Positions 1 through 8,427 of a stretch of DNA of 64,000 nucleotides are shown here, in pieces. Source of the stretch: Candidatus Poribacteria bacterium (lineage in GTDB: Bacteria > Poribacteria > WGA-4E > PCPOR2b); assembly GCA_965215015.1 (NCBI GenBank), contig OZ244042.1, forward strand, positions 4,704,001-4,768,000, in the 5' to 3' direction. The translations under genes and the position numbers were made by a program. The notes below the pieces were generated by a model, which worked only from the letters and a program-made list of their open reading frames with translations, was not told the origin of the DNA and ran no database searches. The first letter of the stretch is position 1. Every line of letters begins with the position of its first letter.

Positions 1-1354
1 CACCACGTCCGGTATCCTTGATATAAATTTGAATAACCTGAATCGTAGAATCATAGGTGGTCTGAATCGTCAGGACACCCCCACCTTCCATCGATTCAAT
101 TGCATTACGAAATAGATTCAGCAATACCTGCGTTATTCCGTCATCATTCACGAAAACCAGTGGACAATCATCAGCAAAACGTTTCTCAACACGGATATTG
201 TCCCGATCCAACTCCGGCTGACAGATCGAGAGGCTATTGTCGATCAAATCGCCAATGTTGCTCGGCTTGACACCGGCGGTACGTGGGTTGCCGGATACAA
301 GTAGCTGCTCAACCACACGATTCAATCGATCCACCTCCTTGATAATGACTTGAATGTACTCTTGAATCTCTGAATTCGATTCGCCCTCTAGTTGGAGCAA
401 CTGCGCTGCACCACGGATCCCGCCAAGTGGATTTCTCACCTCGTGAGCGACAGTGGTCGCAAGCTTTCCGAGCGTGGCGAGACGTTCAGATTGCACAAGC
501 GAATCAATCATCTGCTGAATCTTAACACGCTGTGCCACAATCGCAGCAATAATCGTCAAGATACGAATATCGTCATCAATCGAAAACTCGTCCGAGGCCT
601 TATCTATCGTCAGTGTGCCAATTACCTGTTCATCAACTACCACCGGAACGCACCAGAAAGCTATCGAATCTTTAGACTGTACCGATTTCGCATCTGGAAA
701 CTCCATCTGCTGGAGGGGGGTGCGACTATGTGGCACACCAATCGGCTGCCCAGATTGGAGCACCTGTTGCTGGATGAGGTCAATTTGACTGTCTGTTCCA
801 CGCCGGAGCTCCGCCTCTGTCAATCCAAAAACCGCCTCGACCTCTTTGACGGGTTCACCATCTTTCCAAATTCTCAGCGCGCCACGGTACACTCCCATCT
901 GGTTAGCAAGGGTTTTGATAATCATTTGGAACAGTTCATCTAATTCTAGAGCGGTGTTTGCTGTATCACCTATTTCAAAAAGTGTAGACAGATCGCGCAC
1001 CCGTTTTTCAAGGTCGGTGTTGGCTCGATCTATCTGTTCAAGCTGCATCTCAGTGGTGGAGCGTTGTGCCTTGAAAAGCTGGATAGTGCGGACAATGAAA
1101 TACGCAATGATAGGATATAAAATTGCAACCACACCCAAATGGATCTGCTCATAGTAAAGTCCGGCATGTATCCAATTGGCTAATGTCGTGCACCCAAGCA
1201 ACAGATACTGTCCCCGACGATTGTCGTATATTCCCGCGAGAATGATGATTCCATAGTATAGATGCGAGACAACACCGTAGTTCTGCGGGCTATCCAAGCC
1301 GTAAACAAACAGATTAATCAGTAGAACGACAAATATCAGGAAGAAAGTTAGCAT
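1..1354 (-). CDS. Sensor histidine kinase (membrane N-terminus, GAF, HisKA, HATPase), NtrB-like; runs off window start
   Basis: Manual translation from ATG at 1354 is open to the window edge: H-box SERLATLGKLATTVAHEVRNPLGGIRGAAQLL, N-box QVLLNLFRNAIESMEG, G1 IKDTGRG; GAF-like CVPVVVDEQVIGTLTID. Absent from ORF track because it has no stop in the window. Confidence 0.88.
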   Translation of the reverse strand, partial: MLTFFLIFVVLLINLFVYGLDSPQNYGVVSHLYYGIIILAGIYDNRRGQYLLLGCTTLANWIHAGLYYEQIHLGVVAILYPIIAYFIVRTIQLFKAQRSTTEMQLEQIDRANTDLEKRVRDLSTLFEIGDTANTALELDELFQMIIKTLANQMGVYRGALRIWKDGEPVKEVEAVFGLTEAELRRGTDSQIDLIQQQVLQSGQPIGVPHSRTPLQQMEFPDAKSVQSKDSIAFWCVPVVVDEQVIGTLTIDKASDEFSIDDDIRILTIIAAIVAQRVKIQQMIDSLVQSERLATLGKLATTVAHEVRNPLGGIRGAAQLLQLEGESNSEIQEYIQVIIKEVDRLNRVVEQLLVSGNPRTAGVKPSNIGDLIDNSLSICQPELDRDNIRVEKRFADDCPLVFVNDDGITQVLLNLFRNAIESMEGGGVLTIQTTYDSTIQVIQIYIKDTGRG

Positions 1355-1426
1355 GAGCAATTCACAGGTTCAAAAGTTACTTCCGATGACGCATCGAAGA
1401 CTCAAAAGCTTGGATAGCCAAAACTC

Positions 1427-2035
1427 TTACTGTCCATTTCGCAAGAAATTATCAAGCATCTTGAGCCCGATTCGACCACTTTTCTCCAAATGGAACTGCG
1501 TAGCGACCAAGTTCTGATGGGCAACGACACTCGAAAATTCAACGCCGTAAGTAGTCTTACCGACAATGTATGAATCCTCCTGTGGGATTGGATAGTACGA
1601 ATTGACAAAATAGAAATGGGCAGGATTCGGAACATCTTGAAAAATTGGGTGCGCCTGCGTTTGATACACCTCATTCCAGCCAATCTGCGGCACTTTTTGG
1701 GTTGACGTCGCTTCATACTTTTTGACAACGCCGGGCAGGATGCCGAGGCAATTGGTATCCTCTTCTTCGCTGTGCTCAAACAGAATCTGGATACCGATAC
1801 AGATTCCCAACATCGGCTTACCCGATTTGTAAACCTCCCATAAAACCTCCGCAAGCCCAGCATCGTTCAGGTTAGCCATGGTTGCCCGCGCTGCGCCGAC
1901 GCCGGGAAAGATAAGTTTCTCTGCACTCAAAATGGTCCGGGCATCGGCCGTAATTTTTCCATCGTAGTCTAAGTATCTGACGGCGCGTTCAACGCTCGTT
2001 AAGTTGCCCGCGCCGTAGTCGATGATTGCAATCAT
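1427..2035 (-). CDS. hisH: Imidazole glycerol phosphate synthase glutaminase subunit
   Basis: IIDYGAGNLTSV, PGVG, LGICIGIQ, QFHLEKSG motifs. Confidence 0.95.
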   Translation of the reverse strand: MIAIIDYGAGNLTSVERAVRYLDYDGKITADARTILSAEKLIFPGVGAARATMANLNDAGLAEVLWEVYKSGKPMLGICIGIQILFEHSEEEDTNCLGILPGVVKKYEATSTQKVPQIGWNEVYQTQAHPIFQDVPNPAHFYFVNSYYPIPQEDSYIVGKTTYGVEFSSVVAHQNLVATQFHLEKSGRIGLKMLDNFLRNGQ

Positions 2036-2140
2036 TGAAGACTCATGTTGATAAAAGATTCATTTGAAAAGTTAAGAAGGGACCATTGAAATGATGTTGC
2101 AGGGTAAAAATCTTAATCTGTGAAAATAGGTTTGAGACAT

Positions 2141-3043
2141 TCATTTGCTCAAACGCCACCCTTGATTTGACTCAAAAAGTTCTATCTGTTTGGAAGTCGC
2201 TGCGGCTCTCGATTTGGTCTGCCCCCAAATGGATTCCAGGTCCGGTGTGCATTCATAGTCCTTGAATAGGCCTGAAATATCATCTGCTGTTCTTTTCTGC
2301 CCCAGCCTTTCTCGTATAATTTTCACATTGATCTTATCGAGTTCAATGCCGATTGATTGCCGCCCCAACTGCTCCGCAACGACCAACGTTGTCCCCGAAC
2401 CCACAAATGGATCCAATACAACATCGCCGGGATTTGTCGAAGAGAGGATTATCCGAAGGAGCAATTGAACCGGTGCCTGTTGCTTGTGCAAGCGATTTCC
2501 CACCGCATCCCGCAAGGCTTCATCTCCAGCAAAATAGCCCGATGTCAACTCACGAATATCGTCCCACACATCGGTGAGGAACATGCCATTTTCGCGCTCA
2601 TATTTATAGCCCGCAGGGAGTGGAGGATTGATTCGTAAACGATGAAATACCCGCGGACGCTCCCCTTTCGTTGCAAACGCAATGATTTGGTAGTGCTTAC
2701 CAAAACGCTTTACTCCGGGAACGGCGGACGTTTTCTTCTTCCAAATGATTAGGTTTTGAAATGTCCACCCAGATTCGCGCAGACACCGTAGCACGGACTC
2801 AGTTTTTTTCTCACGCTGCATAAAATAGATTGCGCCACTTGAAGTGGTCCGGTGATAAATCTTTGTGCACACCTCACCCATCCATTTCCAATATTGCACT
2901 TCAGGCAAGTTATCATCCCATTCGTTATAACCCTTGTCTTGATTGAAGGGGGGATCGAGAAAGGTGAGATCCACAGGACCAAAAGGAGAATTCTGTTGGT
3001 CCAACAACGAACCACAATCTCCATGTAGCACAGTCGTTTTCAT
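2141..3043 (-). CDS. Site-specific DNA methyltransferase (N6/N4 family, beta class, probably m6A)
   Basis: DPPF catalytic motif precedes LDPFVGSGT SAM-binding motif; likely start MKTTVLHGDC at 3043. Confidence 0.9.
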   Translation of the reverse strand: MKTTVLHGDCGSLLDQQNSPFGPVDLTFLDPPFNQDKGYNEWDDNLPEVQYWKWMGEVCTKIYHRTTSSGAIYFMQREKKTESVLRCLRESGWTFQNLIIWKKKTSAVPGVKRFGKHYQIIAFATKGERPRVFHRLRINPPLPAGYKYERENGMFLTDVWDDIRELTSGYFAGDEALRDAVGNRLHKQQAPVQLLLRIILSSTNPGDVVLDPFVGSGTTLVVAEQLGRQSIGIELDKINVKIIRERLGQKRTADDISGLFKDYECTPDLESIWGQTKSRAAATSKQIELFESNQGWRLSK

Positions 3044-3240
3044 GTTATTTCTCGTTGTCCGAAATTTGATGACGCTGTTCAACTGCGTAGGTTCTATGTG
3101 ATTTGGGATATTCTTCTGCACTGAGTTCGGCAATGGTTTGGGGGTATACTTTACAACTGTTTCCTCGCTTACGCCCTTATTTTTTTATGCACCCGGACCA
3201 TCACCACCATTTTTTGAAATGCCCAATCTCTTCAGTGTGA

Positions 3241-3522
3241 TTAAGTTTCACCCCGTTTACCTTCATCCTTCAAAATTGAGATTATCGTCACTTTCTTACC
3301 AGAAAAACTCAGCGTATCATAGACTCTTGAATGCGGGTAAGCCCGGGGCCTTTTTGGTGAAACCCAGCAGCTTAAAGCAATCTGCTTGGTTGAACCAATC
3401 TCTATAATAAAAGTTGCTTTTTCTGAAAGTGTTGCGTCAAAATCTTTGTAACTGAAAGATTTAAGTGTGCTGCATAGAAGTGGGGTATATTTTACTCCAG
3501 TAATCCTAGCGAAAATATCCAT
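3241..3522 (-). pseudogene. Truncated putative type II restriction endonuclease
   Basis: 93-aa ORF between two MTases; WVSPKRPRAYPHSRVYDTL...KKVTIISILKDEG resembles, from recall, N-termini of MTase-linked endonucleases; ends prematurely with no continuing frame. Confidence 0.5.
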
Positions 3523-3549
3523 CAGATACTCATTACACCTCTAACGAAG

Positions 3550-4407
3550 CTAAAACAACTCCCTCTGATCAACAATTGGACGAAGCTGGCCAACCGCATA
3601 ATCTATATATTTTTGTTGCGTCTCAATTCCGACATGTGCTCTGCCCAGTTTTTCTGCAGCACAATTTGTCTGCCCACTTCCGGCAAAAATGTCAATCACC
3701 GAATCTCCCTTATAAGAGTAAAACTGGATGACCCGTTCCGCAAGCTCTAGCGGAAATGGACATGGATGCAGATTCTCTTGCGGGGCTAATGGACGGATTT
3801 TCCAGACGTTTTTACTCTGCTCGCCCTGGTAGTCTTTCAAATCAATTTTATTGTTTCTTTTCTCTTCATCGCTTCTATTCCAATAAATGTTGTTCTGACT
3901 TTTCCTATCAGCAGGTTTCTGAAAAACAAAAATATATTCGGCAACCAAACTGGGATAGTAATATCCGGGATAGGGATGCTGCAACAAAACCCCCGACCGC
4001 CTATCCCTTGCAACCGGCTTTTCCCAGATAATATCCTCCCTGAATCTCCATCCAATTTCTTCGAGCCAGTTGACGAAATGGAACGGGAGCGCGGTGCGTA
4101 TGCCATTCCATAAGATCGGGGCGATATTTACAACATTGTATCCTCCGGGCTTTGTGATTCTCAGCAACGCCTTGAACCGATCGACCAGAAAAACCCGATA
4201 TTCCTCGTAAGATATATCCTCTCGTTCCCATCGCGCTTTGGTGCCGTACAATTTTTCAATATGGGCATCGTAATTGATTGCGTTCAGGTAGGGTGGCGAG
4301 GTGAATCCAAGTATAAAGCAGTCGTCGGGAAAACTATCCATGACCGAGAGACAATCCCCTTTGATAATCCGCCCATTACCAATTTTGATTTCTTCTAAGA
4401 CCACCAT
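3550..4407 (-). CDS. Site-specific DNA methyltransferase (beta class, probably m4C)
   Basis: TSPPY, HPCPFP, IDIFAGSGQT motifs. Confidence 0.9.
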   Translation of the reverse strand: MVVLEEIKIGNGRIIKGDCLSVMDSFPDDCFILGFTSPPYLNAINYDAHIEKLYGTKARWEREDISYEEYRVFLVDRFKALLRITKPGGYNVVNIAPILWNGIRTALPFHFVNWLEEIGWRFREDIIWEKPVARDRRSGVLLQHPYPGYYYPSLVAEYIFVFQKPADRKSQNNIYWNRSDEEKRNNKIDLKDYQGEQSKNVWKIRPLAPQENLHPCPFPLELAERVIQFYSYKGDSVIDIFAGSGQTNCAAEKLGRAHVGIETQQKYIDYAVGQLRPIVDQRELF

Positions 4408-4423
4408 AACCTTAACATGCCTA

Positions 4424-4903
4424 TCAATTCGTTAATTCTTCAATCTGCCGATACAAGTTCGCCATCTCAATCGCCGTGACCGCCGCCTCTGCCCCTTTAT
4501 TCCCCGCCTTGGTGCCAGCGCGTTCAATCGCTTGCTCAATAGTATCGGTCGTGATAACGCCATAAATCACCGGTAGCCCCGTATTGAAAGAGACCTGTGC
4601 AATCCCTTTCGCGCTTTCGTTGGCGACAAAGTCGAAGTGGGGGGTCGCCCCACGAATAACCGCACCGATACAGATGACCGCATCATATCGCCCCTTTTCA
4701 GCGAGGCGTTTTGCCGTAGTGGGAATCTCGAAGGAACCGGGCGTCCAGCAGATATCTACATCCTCTGGCCCCACACCGTGGCGTTTGAGTGCGTCAAGCG
4801 CACCATCTAGTAATTTGGTGGTAATAAAGCTATTAAACCGACTGACCACAATCCCAATTTTCAGGCCAGTGCCGATTAGATTGCCTTCGTAGATATTTGG
4901 CAT
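4424..4903 (-). CDS. ribH: 6,7-dimethyl-8-ribityllumazine synthase
   Basis: [39 protein letters not shown]. Confidence 0.97.
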   Translation of the reverse strand: MPNIYEGNLIGTGLKIGIVVSRFNSFITTKLLDGALDALKRHGVGPEDVDICWTPGSFEIPTTAKRLAEKGRYDAVICIGAVIRGATPHFDFVANESAKGIAQVSFNTGLPVIYGVITTDTIEQAIERAGTKAGNKGAEAAVTAIEMANLYRQIEELTN

Positions 4904-4922
4904 TGTCCCCAGTGCCAGCTAT

Positions 4923-6197
4923 TTAGCCCTGAACCATCAGGCCATCATAACCGTGCACCGTCTCCTCCTTCTCATCGTTGATAGTATCTAACAACAAATG
5001 CCCTAGTTTCGTCCGTTTCGTCTCCAAATAGTGACGGTTAAATTCGTGGGGTCTAGTTTGCAGCGGAATCCGCTCGATAATCTCAAGGTTATGCCCCTCC
5101 AACCCACTGACCTTACGCGGGTTATTTGTCAACAAACGCATCTTCTGCACACCGAGGTCCGTCAAAATCTGGGCACCCACGCCGTAATCCCGTAAATCTG
5201 GAGGGAAGCCAAGCCGTTCATTCGCTTCAACGGTGTCAAGACCTTCGCTGTCCTGCAATCGGTAGGCGCGAATTTTGTTTCCGAGTCCCATACCCCGTCC
5301 CTCCTGACGCATATAGACCAACACACCCCGCTCCTCTTTTTGGATGAGCTGCATCGCTTTCTCCAATTGCTCGCCACAGTCACAGCGCAGCGAGCCAAAG
5401 ACATCTCCGGTGAGACATTGCGAATGCATCCGTACTAGCACCGGTTCACCGTCCGAAATGTCTCCTTTAATCAACGCTATGTGGGTTTTCTCGTCATCAG
5501 CACTTTGGTAGGAGTGGAGCCTGAAGTATCCGTGCCTTGTCTGCAGGTCTGCCTCGGCAACCCGCTTGATAAGCGTCTCCGTTTGCCGGCGATAAGCAAT
5601 CAGGTCCGCAATAGTAATGAACTTTAGACCATACTTTTGAGCGAACTCAAAGAGCTGCGGCAGACGTGCCATCGTGCCATCTTCGTTCAAGATTTCGCAG
5701 AGAACCCCCGCCGGATAGAGGCCCGCCAAACGTGCCAAATCAACCGTTGCCTCTGTATGGCCCGCACGCCGCAAGACGCCCCCCTCCTTTGCTTGCAATG
5801 GGAAGATATGGCCCGGACGGACGAAATCCTCCGCTTTCGTCTCTGAATGGACAAACTTCTGAATCGTGTGCGCCCGCTCGTAAGCGGAAATTCCGGTGGT
5901 TACATCTTTGGCATCAATTGTTACAGTAAACGCCGTGTGCAGCTGTGCGGTGTTTTCCGAGACCATCAACGGGAGATTCAATTCTGAAAGCCGTTCCACG
6001 GTTGCGGGCAAGCAAATCATACCACGCCCGTATTTCGCCATAAAATTAATCGCCTCCGGCGTGGCTTTCTCCGCTGCCATGATTAAATCGCCTTCGTTTT
6101 CTCGATCCGGATCATCGGAGACAATAATTATCTCCCCATTTTGAATCGCTTCAATGGCTTCTGGAATTGTGTTAAACTTCATAGGTGGTGCCTTCAT
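4923..6197 (-). CDS. ribBA: Bifunctional DHBP synthase / GTP cyclohydrolase II
   Basis: [40 protein letters not shown]; alternative start at 6182. Confidence 0.97.
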   Translation of the reverse strand: MKAPPMKFNTIPEAIEAIQNGEIIIVSDDPDRENEGDLIMAAEKATPEAINFMAKYGRGMICLPATVERLSELNLPLMVSENTAQLHTAFTVTIDAKDVTTGISAYERAHTIQKFVHSETKAEDFVRPGHIFPLQAKEGGVLRRAGHTEATVDLARLAGLYPAGVLCEILNEDGTMARLPQLFEFAQKYGLKFITIADLIAYRRQTETLIKRVAEADLQTRHGYFRLHSYQSADDEKTHIALIKGDISDGEPVLVRMHSQCLTGDVFGSLRCDCGEQLEKAMQLIQKEERGVLVYMRQEGRGMGLGNKIRAYRLQDSEGLDTVEANERLGFPPDLRDYGVGAQILTDLGVQKMRLLTNNPRKVSGLEGHNLEIIERIPLQTRPHEFNRHYLETKRTKLGHLLLDTINDEKEETVHGYDGLMVQG

Positions 6198-6215
6198 TTA
6201 GTCGAAATTTTGGTT

Positions 6216-6860
6216 TCAAATATACCCGTGTTTTGCTAAGAAGTCCATATCGATTGATGATTCCTCGGCAGACGGATAGGTCAACAATCGTTCGATATAA
6301 CGCCCTAACAGATCGACCTCGATATTCACGTGAGCACCGACTCGCTTATGCCCTAACGTTGTCACATGCTTGGTGTGGGGAATAAGTGCAACCTCAAAAC
6401 CGGCGTCAAACAGATTTGAGATTGTCAGACTGACACCGTCAACACAGACCGATCCCTTATACACTACATACCGCATTGCCCCCTGAGAAATCGAAACATG
6501 CATTAGAGATGATGTCCCTTCATCGTGCCAACCGCTGATGGTCCCGACCTCGTCAACATGCCCCAAAACGAGATGTCCCCCCAATCGATCTGCCAGACGC
6601 AATGGGTTCTCAAGATTAACCGAATGGCCTGACTTGAGGGAACCCAATGTTGTACGCCGTAACGTCTCAGCGGAAACATCTGCCGTAAAACTGTCATGCG
6701 TCAGGGCAGTGATTGTCAGACAGACCCCATCTATTGCAATACTATCCCCAACCTTGCTATCCGATAACACCTCTGTGGCTGCGATAGTCAGTACTCCCGT
6801 CTGGGAGCCGTGCTGGACCCCCTTTACAATCCCCAACTCCGTAACAATTCCTGTGAACAT
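6216..6860 (-). CDS. ribE: Riboflavin synthase (alpha chain)
   Basis: MFTGIV start, GDSIAIDGVCLT, GGHLVLGHVD, KGSVCVDGVSLT. Confidence 0.96.
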   Translation of the reverse strand: MFTGIVTELGIVKGVQHGSQTGVLTIAATEVLSDSKVGDSIAIDGVCLTITALTHDSFTADVSAETLRRTTLGSLKSGHSVNLENPLRLADRLGGHLVLGHVDEVGTISGWHDEGTSSLMHVSISQGAMRYVVYKGSVCVDGVSLTISNLFDAGFEVALIPHTKHVTTLGHKRVGAHVNIEVDLLGRYIERLLTYPSAEESSIDMDFLAKHGYI

Positions 6861-6946
6861 AGCTATCTACTTTGATTCCAACCTCACTGTTAAGGTCCGA
6901 CTCCCAATATTTTTATCGGGAATATTGGTTGTGGGTTAGATGAGTT

Positions 6947-6975
6947 ATTATAGCATGACCGGGGGTCTCTGTAAA
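6947..6975 (-). promoter_or_regulatory. Sigma70-type promoter of the rib operon
   Basis: Minus strand TTTACA-17 bp-TATAAT with extended -10 TG, about 90 bp upstream of ribE. Confidence 0.6.
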
Positions 6976-7399
6976 CCAAAAAACCTGAGAGAAAATTTGC
7001 CTCTCCTCAATCCCAATAGATCAGGATTCAGAACCTGTTTGACAATCTATTTGCAGCAGCACCATTTGCTTTGAATCTTCCGATTTCGTTGAATTGTTCC
7101 AATACTTACGAAATAGTGGATTCACGGTTTGGTAATGTTTCAGGAACTGAAACAAACCCCACCTTATTCCGCCATCGGTTTTGTGGGTAGTCGGGGCATC
7201 TTGCCCCGCCCCATCTCAACACTAATCCAAAGGAGAAACCGTGGTGCAATCTTGTGTAACAATATACAATGCTGGTTCTGTATGGCAAGCAAGATATTAT
7301 GATCGAGGTTCGGGGGAGGAATCGCTGAATGAAATTATACGATATTTTTATGGGAACTCTGTTCGGAAGGGGTTGGTTAAATAGGCGAGGGATTATCCA

Positions 7400-7490
7400 T
7401 TGCAAAAAAAAATCAATCGACAGCGTCACGCTCACTATCATCAACAACTACCTTGTTAACACCTGTCGTGAGATGGGATTAGCATGGATG
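7400..7490 (+). pseudogene. Decayed copy of the first ~30 codons of the hydantoinase B gene
   Basis: Closely matches 12069-12161 (KSIDSVTLTIINNYLVNTCREMGLA vs KSVDSVTLTIINNYLVNTCREMGLA), then diverges. Confidence 0.85.
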
Positions 7491-7667
7491 GTATGCTGTC
7501 GAAACGATTGTCAATTTAATCCCATTCTTAGACTCTCGAAACAGAGCTCCATGTTTTATAGGAGTTGGCAAAATGTACGACGAAAACACCCTGTTGGAAC
7601 TAGGGCTATTTAGTTTTCGGTTTTCTTCTTATTTGAGTAGCTTCTTATTTGAGTAGGAGGTCGGGAT

Positions 7668-8427
7668 TCGGAAACCCCTCTCCGTTCCGAGAGTCTTCGA
7701 CCTACAGGAGAACTAAATGCCCCTAAAATATTCCTTGAGTTCGATCGATTTTTGTTGGAAATAGCGATATAATTATCTTTGCAATGGAGGCAAGGTTAAC
7801 CATTGACTGTTATTTTTATCAATCAACAATATGAAATCTAAACCCATTTTCGGAGGTCTAATGAAAAACGGAAAGGAGTTCCAATGCGGGATTCTGATGA
7901 TTGCAACCCTTGTTTTGTGTCTCACGTCTCCCGCTGTTGCGAGTAAGAGAACGGTTGGACTACTCTTGAACGAGCGGGGGGGCCTCGCGGGATATACCCT
8001 ATTCACCCCACGCTGGAATAGCACAGTTTGCTTGATCGACCATTTTGTCGGAAACCCCTCTCCGTTCCGAGAGTCTTTGACCTACAGGAGAACTAAATGC
8101 CCCTAAAATATTCCTTTGGTTCGATCGATTTTTGTTGGAAATAGTAGTATAATTATTTTTGCAATGGGGGCAAGGTTAACCATTGACTGTTATTTTTATC
8201 AATCAACAATATGAAATCTAAACCTATTTTCGGAGGTCTAATGAAAAACGGAAAGGAGTTCCAATGCGGGATTCTGATGATTGCAACCCTTGTTTTGTGT
8301 CTCACGTCTCCCGCTGTTGCAAGTAAGAGAACGGTTGGACTACTCTTGAACGAGCGGGGGGGCCTCGCGGGATATACCCTATTCACCCCACGCTGGAATA
8401 GCACAGTTTACTTGATCGACCATTTTG
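7668..8427 (+). repeat. 380-bp tandem duplication (7668-8047 / 8048-8427) of the upstream region and 5' end of the arylsulfotransferase gene
   Basis: ORFs at 7831 and 8211 share their N-terminal sequence; the copies differ at roughly ten positions. Confidence 0.95.

Noticed and set aside
392-1154. Plus-strand ORFs 392-943 and 846-1154
   Set aside because: Antisense shadows of the histidine kinase; likewise most short ORFs overlapping called genes
6861-7100. FMN riboswitch upstream of the rib operon
   Set aside because: No RFN conserved motifs; only a promoter-like sequence and a hairpin are visible
7831-8106. Independent 91-aa gene
   Set aside because: Truncated product of the 380-bp duplication
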